Shown here one piece after another: positions 1 through 15,317 of a stretch of DNA of 64,000 bases. The notes under the pieces are model-generated. The model was not told the DNA's origin, ran no database searches, and saw only the letters and a list, made by a program, of their open reading frames with translations. The stretch is taken from contig CP089274.1 in the NCBI GenBank assembly GCA_023920165.1, positions 5,332,001 through 5,396,000 of the forward strand, written 5' to 3'. Source of the stretch: Curvularia clavata. Lineage: Eukaryota. How positions within the stretch are numbered: position 1 is the first letter of the stretch; each line of letters begins with the position of its first letter. Position numbers and translations under genes: made by a program.

Positions 1-930
1 GTCTTCATTCCCCGCAGGCTTTACACTCTCGAACCATTGCATCTGCAGCCAGCCTTCTTCCCTAGCCATGGCCAATGTTGGCTCAATTGTAGGCCTCAGT
101 TCCTCTATTGTGATATCCTGCGTGGGCGACGCCTCCAAGACGGCATTCATTGCCTTGCTCACCCATTCCTCGTATTCATCTGGCGAGATATCAACATCTT
201 TCATCCTCGAGAGGACGAGCAGAAACACGACGACAATCACGCTAGCAATTCTTGTGTCGCTAACGTCAGCAGAGGAGTGTGCGGTAGATGTGGCTCGTCG
301 TTGGCGCTTGCTGGGGGTTTCAGCTGCAGCTGCAGCCATGCGGGCTAGCAGAGGATAAATAGATTCTACACCGGTATACACATGTGGTATTACTGCTGGG
401 TATTCAAATGCTTTTGCAAGGGCTCGGATGGTGGGCATGACCCATTCAGGGGGTTCCCCATTGTTTTCATGGCCTCGCTTCGTGCTATGTGGTGTCTTTT
501 TTGCGCTCAGAGGCGTTTTAGGCGTGTTGCGTGCGGACGCAGGGGCTGAAGCAGCCGACTTTCGCGGTGTCTGGGGTTCAGAGGTGGCGAAAGGATCTGG
601 GAGTGCGCTATTCAGGTAGTTGTACAGCTTCTTGTATATGCGAGGGGGACAAGGCGGTCGTGATGCGATTGCGGGCAGATTGAGGCGCTTCTTAAGCCTG
701 TGACTATTAGCAGGATATTACATTTATACAAGGATTTCGTGATACCTTTCGCAAGCTAGTTGTGCACATGCGTATGGTCGCGCAATCTCTTCATCAGCTT
801 TCATAGACGAAGCGACTGTTTGGGAGCGCGTGAGAAGCGACAAAGCCAACTCGATCAGCTCTGGAGGAAGAGGACCGCTTAGTGTAGGGACCAGGCCTGT
901 AAGAGCCTGCTCGATGCTTGCTCGACTCAT
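1..930 (-). CDS. ORC6: Origin recognition complex subunit 6 (5' part; gene runs off the window start; introns at about 699-746 and 345-393)
   Basis: N-terminus MSRASIEQALTGLVPTL...EEIARPYACAQLACER, then exon 2 ...RPPCPPRIYKKLYNYL, matches the fungal ORC6 pattern as I recall it; GT-AG introns present. Confidence 0.8.
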
Positions 931-986
931 TGTGTAAGCTATCGATTATGAAAGTCTTGTCCAAAGGGTATGCTGCGCCCTTGAAT

Positions 987-1013
987 GCGGACGCGTTACG
1001 TCCGCTTTCGCGT
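987..1013. promoter_or_regulatory. MCB-like cell-cycle elements upstream of ORC6
   Basis: ACGCGT at 991-996 inside the inverted repeat GCGGACG-N5-CGTCCGC, plus TTCGCGT at 1007-1013, about 60-80 nt upstream of a replication gene. Confidence 0.45.
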
Positions 1014-2216
1014 TGTCACGTGGACGCTAGACTGTTTCTATCCATAAGCGTTACTGCTCTGCACTCTCTTTCGATACAACCTCCTGGTTGACTGATCTTC
1101 CTTAGCTATACATTCGAGTATTTTTTGGTCTGTTGGCATTTATATCAATCAGTCTACAAATCCCCAGTCATTTCCTGTATGTTACAGACATGTCATCGGG
1201 ATTTACTTCTATGGACTAGTATCCAGATATGTGCATGGAAATAATGTTGATGAACACGAATCAAAAAGGTCTGCTTCGAACCAGAACATGTGTGTCATTC
1301 TTTGGTGGTTAATGGCGCCTCTTCTCATTTTACACCGTGGTGAAGTATCATTTGATGATCGCATCATTTTATATGTTACAGATGATTTGCTGTCGCGGAT
1401 TGTAAAGCGACGTATTTTATCTCGAGTTGGGGTAAGTTAGTGGATTCACAATATTCGCCTCAAATTGGACCAGGGAACGAGAGAAGCTTTGCGCCTCTCT
1501 CATCGAACGCAATCTTCACCCCTGAGACAGACCGATTCGTCTTCCCTCTCTTCTTCGCTTCATGCTTACTCTTTCATGCTGTTGGCGGCTCACGAATTAC
1601 CTAATCAACCACATGGTCAATTCTGATACAGGATGTGATTTTTTCAGTACCATGATGAATGGGTTATTTTTCTTTGACTCATGATAGCCTTCGTATTGGG
1701 AATTAATTCCGGGACTAGCAATTTCGAAGACTGAAAGGCAGGCTAACTACGTGGGGTTTTGGGGCGGTGGTTGAATTGGCGAAATAGTGTAGGGGAAGCG
1801 GTGCGATAGTTGATGTAGAGAAGAAAAATGAACTCAGAGGTAAATATGAAATTTGCGCAGACCGTGGTCAGCATTTGTATTAGTGCTTGATCTTTGAAGT
1901 GTAGTTGAGGCTAAGAAGAAGAGCTGTCTCCCTGGCTGTCTCGTAGCCAGTACCTAAAACTGGAACATCAGTACGAGCTCGCCTACACTGTCAATATGTG
2001 AAGAAGCAGCTGTGACAACTACGGCTACTTTTGGAAGTGATGATTCCATAGACTGCCATTTTCCGATTTCACCAGGTGTGGGAGAGAGTTGTGAAGGAAA
2101 GGAGCAGATGATTAGCGAGAGGATGCCCCTCTATCCCATGGCACCCTCCATCTCCCCCACTCTCACCGAGCAAAGTGCTAAGCCCAACACTGTTCCGTCA
2201 TCTCGCATCAATTAAC

Positions 2217-3761
2217 ATGCCGCTTCGTGAGACTGACCCACATTTCAAGGCTGAGATCTTCGAAAAGGCCAAGGCAGTATTAAGCGCAAAGTTCGGGGTT
2301 TGTGAATACGATCTCCCATTGCCGCTCCTCCTCGTCGATGAATACGCGGAGAAGCCACTGCCATGCCACGAGTCTGCCGAGGAGACTATCTCCATCAGCG
2401 CCCATATGTCGGCACGTATCCATGCCTTTTACGAGCAGATTGCCGCCGCCTATAACAGGATCGAGAACCCGCCCCCGCCAGCCACCATCGGTATCAAGCT
2501 CGAGATCCAGCCGCAGAACTTCGACCCAGAGGAGCCAGAATGTCATCATCGCAGGTATCACTCGCGCCGCCTGCAGCTACATGACCCCGAGAGACTGCCA
2601 GATCTGCCTTTTGTGAGCAGCCTGGCCATCAGATCAAGGTCATACGGCTCGGACGTTGACACCGCGAAAGACATACGCCCTCTGTCTCCCCTTGTGCCGC
2701 TACAGTGCCTCGTCCACCTCCCGGCTATCGAAGAGTGGAATGCCTCCTGGCTATGGGAGCGGCCAATGCCCGCCACCATGCCGAGTAGAGTGATGCGCGA
2801 GCATTACAGCTGACCATGGGAGGGTCCTCTGCGAGACGCCCGCCACGAGTTCGACGCCGCGATCATGTACCCGCAGAAGCACCTTTGCGGGAGAAGCATC
2901 CCCGCCAGTCTCACCAGGGCCGCACTGCACTTCTGGCCTTTCTTCTCGCTCCCCAAGCATGGCCAGTCCGTGGCGCGGCCGAATCTTATCTATCCCGCAG
3001 ATCAAGACCCAGTATCTGTCGGCCTGTGCAAGCTCGGTGCACAGCTAAGCCTCTTTGACGTGCGTGCTATGGTCACATCAGGCCTGTTCCCCAGTTCTGA
3101 GGCGCCAAATTACCAGCAGTGGTCACGGATGCGGCGATTTCGGCTTGAGTTCCATCCCCTCCGTCCCGACGGGCGGTGGTACTTCATCGGCCCTGGTGGC
3201 GAGGATCCGCACGACTCTGAACAAGGAGGGTACAGGATCTCAAAGACAGAACACTACCCCCGCGAAACCGATACGGAGGAGGACATGGACCTTCACGCCG
3301 AGTATAGTGATGAGTTGGGTGACGAGTACGATCTTTATCCAGATATGTTCCGCACTGAGCCTTGTAGGGAGCGAATCGAGCCCCTGCTTGCGGCGTTTGC
3401 GAAGTCTTTGACTCGCGACAATATGCCGTGCCTCGAGGATGCCGAGATTTTCACATATCTGTGGTGGGACCCTTCAGTCGAGAGAGAAGTCCAAGAACAT
3501 GATCTGCCGATGAGAAAGGGCCACAGATGGGGTGTCAAGCTCACTGCTGGGCGTGATAGTAAGAAGCAGAAGGACGGCGATGATGCTGCACCAACACCAC
3601 CGTTGGTGAAGTGGCAGGTTGGTGACTGGAGACCCTGCGAGGAGGTTATGAGTTTGTTCGAAAATTTAGGACAGCAAGAGTGGCTCGATCTCGAGTGGGA
3701 CAGGTATAGATCTACGGCGGGGCGCGACTTGCTGGGAAACAGCGAGTCTTCACCCATATAG
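2217..3761 (+). pseudogene. Intronless uncharacterised fungal protein gene (about 514 codons) interrupted by one in-frame TGA at 2811-2813
   Basis: ORFs 2175..2813 and 2865..3761 are in the same frame; reading through gives ...REHYS*PWEGPLRDARHEFDAAIMYPQK..., continuous and protein-like. Confidence 0.7.
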
Positions 3762-5153
3762 TCGCGCGAGCAACTAAAGTCCTTTGCTAGAGACTTCGAG
3801 AGCAAGTAGCTATCTCTTTTCCGAAGTATTTAGTTGAAGACGCAATCACAGCAGTGGGGAGGACGGAAACGTATTCTCCTAATTGCCATCATTATCATCG
3901 ACAAAGCGCCCCAAAGAACTCCGCATATGGCCATCTCAGCAGATGCTCGACATAAGAAAACCAGATTTGCACCAAAAGTTTGTACCAAGGCGGATTCATC
4001 ATGGCATTGCTGATCATTCAACCACGCGAACCCTTCTTCAGCGACTTTAGATGAACAGATCTTAGTTTTATACACGAATTACACAGCAAACAACTGCTTC
4101 TGCATGTCCGTCAAATTAATAACTCTCACTCATTCATTCATCTAATTTTCCATCTCTCTTTATCGGTATTATAGGGCATCCCAATCATTCTACTTTACTT
4201 TGCTAGTAGTCGACCACTTAACGAATAGTCGATGAAGATTGCTTGCTGTCGCACATTTTCTTTTCTTTGGTGTAAGCTTTGAAATGTAACACGTGTGTTG
4301 TGGCAGTTCATATCGAAGGCTTTGATCTTATCATGTTTCCTATTTGCAGTACCTACCTTCACGGACCTGAAGCATGGCATCGCTTGTACTATCATACCGC
4401 TTCTTGTCTTCAGATGTATCAATTTCCAGATCTCCCAGTTGTACTCGTATGACTTCTCTGCCTACATTGAGTGCCACTCCTTTGCACCCTGCGTACCTTG
4501 AGTGTACTCGTCACACTGTTACAGTACCACCCACAAGTTTTCACCGCTATCCCTCCGTCCAATGAATATCTTCGTCTTTCCAGAGTCTAAATAGCAAACC
4601 GTGCCAAGTATGCCGAAGTTCCGATACCGACATAGGGTTCACGTCATGTTTCTATTACCAGCGTCTCATTTCCACGCGAAGGTGGTACCTGGGAGGCGCA
4701 GTTAGCGGTCAAGCCTTCCTTACCTCCAAACACGTCAACTCGGGATGACCGACAAATTTTAGTACAGGAACTTCGAATGCGACTGCTTCGTTCGATAGGA
4801 CGCCGTGGCAACTACATTGGTCAGAAGGGCAAAGTGGCATCAGAAACTCTAACGCTGTGACACTTTACACCCGCATCTGGAAGTAGCAATATGTCGAAGC
4901 CACGCTGACGACGGAAGCCTGCAGTTTAACAGCTCGGTAGCGACTGGCGACTATCTCACAGCACGATGTTGTGGCGACCTACATGTGTCGTGCATATTTA
5001 AGGACGGGTGTTTCTTCCCATGGATGTTCATATACTCAACCTTGGAGTCAATTGCTTAGCTGTACCCAAATAACAACTTCAGTCTTAAGTCTTCTCTCGA
5101 AGCTCAAAAAAAGGCCTTGAAATACCATCTTAGCATTGAAATCTTTCCCTAAG

Positions 5154-5589
5154 ATGCATTTCATAACAACAGCTCTGGCAGCCCTGCTCTGCGCACTACC
5201 CACCGCTCTGTCAGCACCTACGTCCGCCTCCAGCCACCGTGACGAGCCGCAAATGTGCGGCTACGTTCTTACAGAACGGAACAGCAGTTCTTATGCTAGT
5301 ATCTCTGCATACTCTGCCTGCACAGCAATTTACTACAATCAATCCATCCCTGGATATCAGGGTGCGTATGCGTACAGCATCTTTGGCGGATGCCGATGTG
5401 AATTCTACAGGTAAAAATCTCTTTGTAATCGAGAAGGTTTCTGGACTAAATATTCCTAGAGATGAGGACGACTGTGTAGATGACGTCGACGTGCCGGTAT
5501 TTGAGGGACCCATTGGGAAGATTGGGAAGGAACCCCTGTTTAATGCGCCCCAGCCGAAGTGGTACTATTGTGAAACGATGGGCTTGTAG
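5154..5589 (+). CDS. Small secreted Cys-rich protein, 128 aa (exons 5154-5410, 5460-5589), effector-like
   Basis: Signal-peptide-like MHFITTALAALLCALPTALSAP; 49-nt GT...CTAAA...TAG intron joins two ORFs in frame; 6 Cys in the predicted mature part. Confidence 0.8.
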
Positions 5590-6911
5590 GGCTTGCGGCG
5601 GAGGCGGGCCTAGATGTCTTGAAGACGTTCAGCCTAGGCCTAGGTCTGGTGATGCGTTGCTGGTAGATGTTTCAACATGAAGAAAAGCACAAGCGAGCCA
5701 TGGGAAAATTGTTCGCAAACATACGCGACTCGTAGGGCTTGTTGGCCGAGCGGCCAGTTGGATAACACAACATGATTTTCAATGTGGTTACTGATGTCCT
5801 CTTCACGTTAAATGTCGCTCGCAAAGAAACGGTGCATCATGTGATAAGAGGATTGGATGCAAGCCTCTTACCTTTGTAATGTTCTCGTAGCCAAGTATAT
5901 TATGCATGCATTGTCTTTCCGTCCTAGCTGGAGTGGCTGTAGTGCCTGAGTGGCCTCTTCTACTTCCATCACCATTGCATACATTGAAACCCAGAAAACT
6001 CTCGCACCACAATCGCTATTACAAGTACCGAGACCAAAACGCCTGATAGGAGTCAGTTCAGCAGTTGAGCATAAATTACGTAAGAATGCGCCTGGACTAC
6101 GGCAAACTGGTAACGAAACTCACTAGACCATTTTGTACGTACAATCATCGAACCCAGTTATCAGTAACACCTCACAGGGTCGGGACGTGGCATTATAGCA
6201 TCTTCACCTTGCCAGTGTGGATGGACGGCGGGCCTTTTCGATTTAGGGTATCCCGCAAGGACTACAGAAAGATTTGCAGCGAGAAAGTATAAAAACACAT
6301 GAAGGGGCTGCATCTTTGTGCAATGGAGTGTGCCGTGACAAACACAAGTGTTTAAGCTGAAGGTTTTGGATAACAGAAGCACGATTAAGAGTCCCAAGCT
6401 GAAAGAGAGTGACGTAGTAGACGAACTCGATGAGGTGTTTTATATAACTTTCACAAAGGGTTAAACGCTGGGCTAGCAGAGCAAATGCTCCTACAGGAGA
6501 CGTGCAGATAACATTGATGAGAGTAAGCAATTGGGATTGGGTCAGAGCAATGCGATTGAGCGTAAGGGGTACGTCATGAGCTGTTTCCCAAGGAATTCAA
6601 GATAACCGAACCGCTTCTGTGCTTTGCTTTGTCACCGTGACCATCGCCCCATGTTCGCTTCCATGGAATCGTTCCGTATGATGAGAGACTACCGCACTGC
6701 GATATTTGTTGCCTGCAATTACCACCAAGGGGTAAATAATTGGAAGTACAAGGTGGCTCTGGCATCACAACATTATTCTAGGCGCAAGGTGGCGGAGGCC
6801 CAAGAACACTTGCGCGCTTGACTACAAATTCATTGTATGACTCGTTTTTTGACATGCCAACGTTTGTCGCAATCATTGAACCTCAAATCGTATTACCTCA
6901 GTGTCTTAAGG

Positions 6912-7536
6912 ATGCATCACAAAACACTGCTTTTAGGTACCTGCATGGCGATTGCTACCATGGCGGTGCCTTACTACCAGTGAGTGTCACATTCCTAATA
7001 ACCTCCTTAAGATTTTGTCAACACCAGAACATCCAAGTAGCAACAAATTGTGCTGCTTTGTTATTGAGGCCGTATAAACTCACATTCTCTCAAGCATACG
7101 ACTGACCCAAGACAGAGGAGTTGGCTATGTCCGTGGTGGAGACAGCCGAATCTATTATCTCGAAAACACTGGGGAAAGAAATGTTTCTCAAATCACCCAC
7201 CAGTTGTGGAATGAAATGCCCATACGACCGACCTGCTTTTACGTAGCGTCATTCTATACCTGCACTTTCTATGAGCCAGGGATAGATGAGCTTGGTCCTT
7301 TGATTGGTACATTTGAAGGCCCTGCTGAGGGCAAGTTTCAGCATGAGTATGCTGTATGGTATACTTGCCATGGCACCAAGGCCTTTCGTGCCCGTCAAGT
7401 GAGCATGAATGACAGGCATTGGAACCGACTGAGAAAGAATGACAGGCATTGGCCCCATCTATTGGATAACCAACCCTGTGGAGCCCTTGGAGTATGTTCA
7501 AGCCTCGGTGATGGAATCGAATGTGAATTATACTAA
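6912..7536 (+). CDS. Small secreted protein, about 162 aa (exons 6912-6979, 7116-7536), divergent paralogue of 5154-5589
   Basis: Signal-like MHHKTLLLGTCMAIATMAVP; 136-nt GTGAGT...ACTGAC...CAG intron keeps frame; shares GYV, CxFY, FEGP and WYxC motifs with the neighbour. Confidence 0.6.
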
Positions 7537-8130
7537 CTCCAGCAGTTCGAAGAACCTCACGAACCTGTCAAACATTATGATCCCACAAAAGTCTATGGGC
7601 GGAGTGTGGGGGAGGAGCAGTGAAGAGCTTTGGGGGCTAGACGGATGGTTTCATCTAGAAGTTGGTACCTATAGTAGGGTAGACAAGCATGAGTGTCCTT
7701 GTTATGGTGGGGTCTTACAATCTCGTCCCTAGTATGTGATATCGCACTAGCCAGCTTGACCTATCTACAATCTCCTCTTAAACAAGATGAAACCCAGAGA
7801 TGGATAGCTTCTTGTGGTGACACAGTTGTTGTGCTGATTACTTTCCAAAAAAAATGATGCCGTCAACGAGGGCTCGCATAGGTATCGGGTGTGAGAAAGA
7901 TGAAGTCGGAGGTCCGAGATGCTCCCATTGGCAGCCGGGCGATAAGATAAGGACCCAAAATTTCCATTGCGCCTGGCGAACTTCCTCATCGCTCGCATGC
8001 GACACCGAACCTTGATACCCACGCGCGCCACCAAATACTCGCAAACGACAAAATAAACTCACCAGCGGCCGCGCATCAGAACGCAATCCATCAGACGATT
8101 ATCTAAAAGGCGACCACGACCGTTACTACG

Positions 8131-9249
8131 ATGATCAGGAAACAAGCGCGTGAAAGGCGCGATTACCTCTATCGCCGCGCATTGACTCTCCGCGATGCTG
8201 AACTCGCATCTAAGAGAGCGGCGTTGAAACAATCTCTCGCAAGCGGAAAACCACTCTCCAAAGATGTGGCCAACGACACGGCCCTGCGAGAAGACTACAA
8301 GTACGATGAGAGCAGAGCAGATAGGACAGTCGAAGAAGAGCTCGGCCTGGACGACGAATACGCACAACTCTCGGGTGTCGTTGACCCCAGGATTCTCGTC
8401 ACAACCAGTCGGTACGAACGGAATTCCCTTGTGTGAACTTTTGCGTTTGTGAGCGCCATCCGCTGATCTTGCTGCCTCCTACAGAGACCCCTCCAGCCGC
8501 CTAGGCACGTTCGCAAAAGAAATCAGATTACTCCTCCCCACATCGATCCGACTAAACCGTGGAAATATGATTTTGCCCAACCTAGTTGAAAGCGCAAAAT
8601 CCGGAGGCTTGAGCGATATGGTGCTTCTACACGAGCACAGAGGTACCCCAACTGCTTTAACCGTATCGCATTTCCCACACGGCCCCACCGCCAGTTTTTC
8701 ACTGCGTAAGTTTCTTTGTTTATATTATCAAAATGCTAATTGTTGTTACTTTACATGTAACTAACGATTTGGAATGCAGACAACGTCGTTCTCCGAGCCG
8801 ACATCCCCAACTCATCACGCGGTACCGTCTCGGAAAGCTACCCGCACCTAATCTTCGAAGGCTTCACAACAAAACTCGGCCAGCGATGCGTTCAGATTCT
8901 GAAACACCTTTTCCCGCCCCGAGAAGCAAATGCAAAGGTTGGAAACCGTGTTGTTACGTACGTCTTCCTCTTTTGTTCTATCCATATCCTCCCCTCTACC
9001 CCCTTGAAAGCGCTCAGACAAACTCGCTAACGTTTTTATAGATTCAAGAATATTGAAGACACCATCGAAGTCCGCCACCATGTCTTCGTAAAGACGGGCT
9101 ATCAATCGGTTGAGCTGGCTGAGGTCGGGCCCAGAATGAGCATGCGGTTGTTTGAGATTCGTGCGGGCACGCTGGATAATAAGGAAGGAGATGTAGAGTG
9201 GCATCTCAACCAGTACACAAGGACTGGCAGAAAGAAGGATTACCTATAG
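8131..9249 (+). CDS. IMP4: U3 snoRNP protein Imp4 (Brix domain), 4 exons
   Basis: MIRKQARERRDYLYR, DPRILVTTSR, LHEHRGTP, HFPHGPTA and ELAEVGPRMSMRLFEI motifs. Confidence 0.95.
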
Positions 9250-9659
9250 GATATTGATGTTATCCCCCAGTTGGCATGCCTCCTTTCCACTTGGACTCAG
9301 TTTCTTTCATATTCGAGATATTCACGCGCCGTATTCATAATGCGCGTAGCGGGATGATGGGACAGAAAAGAGGGACGAGGGACGATGAAGAGAGTTGACT
9401 AAAGGTCACGATCTCACAAAATAGCAGCGTTTATATGTGTGCATGGATGTCAGGAGCATGGCGTTCAAAAACATTTTTCTAGTTCCCGTAATACGAAAGC
9501 AACGTAAAACGGGCGAATCCAGCCCAAACAATACCAAAAGTACGGAGCACATCCAACTTTTCCTTGACCAGCGTAGCCTATCCACCTATTTGACCTGTAC
9601 GGCGTGACTTTCCACAACTCGGCCCGTTACAGAATTCGATACCGAAAAGAATATAGTCC

Positions 9660-12209
9660 TTACATCATGCATCCATTCGACTTGCTCGAGTGCAAATCTG
9701 AAACGCTCAAGCGTATGCGCTGGCCATTAATGGTCATGTAGCTTTCTACCAGCCACTCGTACCACACCTTGCGATCATCTGTCTGTCTCCAGAAGCTGAC
9801 TTCGACCTCCGAGTTGGCGGGTAGCTGTATCGGGTTCTGTGGCTATCAGCAAACGGTTCTCACAGATTAAAAAAACTATGCTGTACTCACCTTGAGAGGG
9901 AACAAGATCGGGAACCACGAAATCATGTCTTTGCTCTTCTGCTCCATGGTGACAGGGTTGGTGCTAAGTTCGACGGGACCCTCAGACCCGCTATACAGAA
10001 CAGTTTCGAAGTAAGCACCCAAGCCGTGGCAGACGCCTGATTCCTGGATGGGGAAAGCGATTTTGCAGTAGCGCAGGTTGTGCTCGTTCGCGCCATCACC
10101 GCCGCAGAAGCCGCCACCGCCACCTACTGCAGATCCACCCTTGCGCAGAGATGACTGGGCTAGGATGGTTGGTGGTAGAGGATGATTGAACTCCCATGCA
10201 GTCTGCACGTTTGGTGCAAGTGGTGGCTCGAGGTTGAAGTTCTGCATCTTAGTACCGTTGCTCAGTTGTTGAGAAGCGATTGTCTCCTTTGATTCTGTCG
10301 ACAGGTAGTCGAATTGCGCCAGCATGACCACCCAAGGGATGTCGAAAGCATTCCCGTCTACACTAGTGCTGCGGTTGTATAGATCTGCCCAGAGCTTGGG
10401 GGTGGCGATCGGAGTAAAATGCGCGGTGTAGCTGGCTGGTATCGAGATGCCGTGGCTGGGGTTCAAGACATGTTGTACACCATCTAGGCACTCTGGCGAC
10501 AACTCGTTGTCGGCGAAAGAACCAAGCAGCTCGCTAACCAGAATGTCGACCTTGCCAAAGGTGCCGTCTTCTTTGGAAGGACCTTTCCAAGCTCTCATGT
10601 CAGTCTTGACAACTGTAACGCGCCCGCCCCAGGTCTCAATGTTACGGCGCTGTAGCAGGACGTAAGCGTTAGGGTTCTTTTCAATCGCATATACTTTGAC
10701 AGGCACGCCGGAGCTCGCACTAGCGTTCAGAGCGCGTGTTACGAGTGGCCCGCGACCTGATCCTACAACAGCAATGACGACAGCGCCATTGTCTGAGCTC
10801 GTCGACCTCTTCTCGGCATGCCAATCCCGCAGTGCTTGTGCAATGGCTCGCTCATACCATGCGTATTTGATCGGGTCTTTCTCAAAGACCTCGTAAGTAA
10901 TGGATTCCAGGTTGTCCGTCAAGGGCTGCAGTGGGCTCTGAAGGTAGTCTTGGAAGCCGCCACCAAAACGCTCAATCTGGCTCTTGGGGGGTTGGTTACG
11001 TTGGAGGTACCGCAAATAGCTGAGGTGCGGTGTAGGATCATTGCTGCTACTACTCTTCTTTGGGGACTTCTTCGCTAACTGGGCTGCTTCGGCTGGAGTT
11101 GGCGCGACCGTCGAGGAGGAAGGGCTCGGTGCGTCTTCTACTGTCTGAGGTGAGAGGTGGCCTGTGGAATATGACATGATCATATCTGGGTCATCAATGC
11201 CTGGTAGTGGGCCGACGTCCGAGATGAGAATCCACGGTCCACGCTGCAGGCGCATAGCTCGGAAGATGAAGACCTGGTGTGCCTTTGATAGCACGAAAGA
11301 CTGGCGCGCATTGATCAGGAAGGATGATGCTGTCAAATTTAGTAGTCTGATGGGCTCTGAGAACCAGCGCGACTGAAGAGCAAGTGATGGGAGTCGGCGC
11401 GGGAGGTCAAGCACTTATGCAAGTTAGTATTGGAGTAAGGTGGCTTTCGAGGAAGAGAACTTGCTAATTGACAGTCTGCTGTGGTATTTACAAATCGATC
11501 TGATAGTATTCCACGCATCCCACGAGCTCCATGAGTTGGTGCTCTTTGCCTCAGGGCTGGGCTCAAACTCAGGTCTGGCGAAACCTGCCAAATCGCCTAC
11601 ATCTGCCTCAGCGGTCTCTGGCTGCTTGCCGTCCATGGGCAGCTGTATGTGGATCTGGAGGTAGGATCCCGTCACAAGAGCCTCTTTGATAGAGCGGGAG
11701 TATTGAGATACGCCAGCCTGTCCATGGGCGAGTCTTGGCCCTGCGACGACGACATTTGTGACTCCGCAAAAAGCAGCATAGGCAATCTCCAGGTGAAAAA
11801 CCTGTCGCGAAAGATGAGCAATGAGCGGATCGGGCGAAGACAGATCAATCCATGGGCTGGTAAAAGTTACGAGCTGGCCGATGATATCGGTTGGGCCAAG
11901 CGGCGTGTCGAAATTGTCCAGTGCGGGTATCAAGGGCAGCGGTTGCGCCTGGGACTCGGCGAGGGTTTGGGTATACGAGTTCAGGATACCGAGCACGCGG
12001 TTGTGGAAATGGTCGTTGGTAATTGGGCTCGTGAGCATATCATACTGGCTACTGTCAGTCGCAGTCGCTTGTTATTCTTTGAAGCCTCTTACACCGAGAT
12101 CTTGGGCATGCTGAACCAATTCCGGCGACACATCGAGGCCCCGCTTCGACTCATGTTGGCCGATATAGAAGATGGCAGCAGAGCCGTCCATGCCTTCAGA
12201 GTAGTCCAT
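9660..12209 (-). CDS. PRMT5: Protein arginine N-methyltransferase PRMT5/Skb1/Hsl7, 4 exons
   Basis: YQD-like FQDYLQSPLQPLTDNLESITYEVFEKDPIKY, VVGSGRGPL, VSELLGSFADNELSPECLDG and MISWFPILFP motifs. Confidence 0.95.
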
Positions 12210-12342
12210 GATGCTGATATATTTTGGGGTGAGTTGTGGATATAACAGGCGGGGTATATAATATGGTAGTGGAAAAGTTGAAGTCTGCGGACCACGACAG
12301 TGGGGTTAGTGAGGCGGAACGGCGCGGGTGTGACACAGGTGA

Positions 12343-14943
<2,601 letters not shown>

Positions 14944-15317
14944 GAGTATTCCATTTCACTCTTTGAAATGGACTTGGTGCATTAGTTCGGGGATGCTGAG
15001 CACTGAAAACATCTCGGATTGTAAAAACGGCGTTCGTTCCTGGGAGCAGTATCATCTGGCGTTGAATGTGCATGTAGAGCGGGAAACATCCCAAGCCATA
15101 GACGCTGTGAAAAAACGTCTTCTAATTCAGATTCAATGTACCTTCTGAAATGCGTTCTGTAATTGAAAATGCCGACTAACCGCTTTTAATATTAGCGTAC
15201 CCCCACGGGTCGGTGTCTGAAAATACCGATCTCCAACTTTTTTTGAGCTCAGCACTTTTGCGACGACGCAATCGCAAACTGCATTACACAGCCCACATCC
15301 CGTTACCTTTTCCAATT

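Noticed and set aside
2811..2813. Selenocysteine or alternative genetic code TGA
   Set aside because: The context favours Trp, no redox motif or SECIS is evident, and other genes here use TGA as a normal stop
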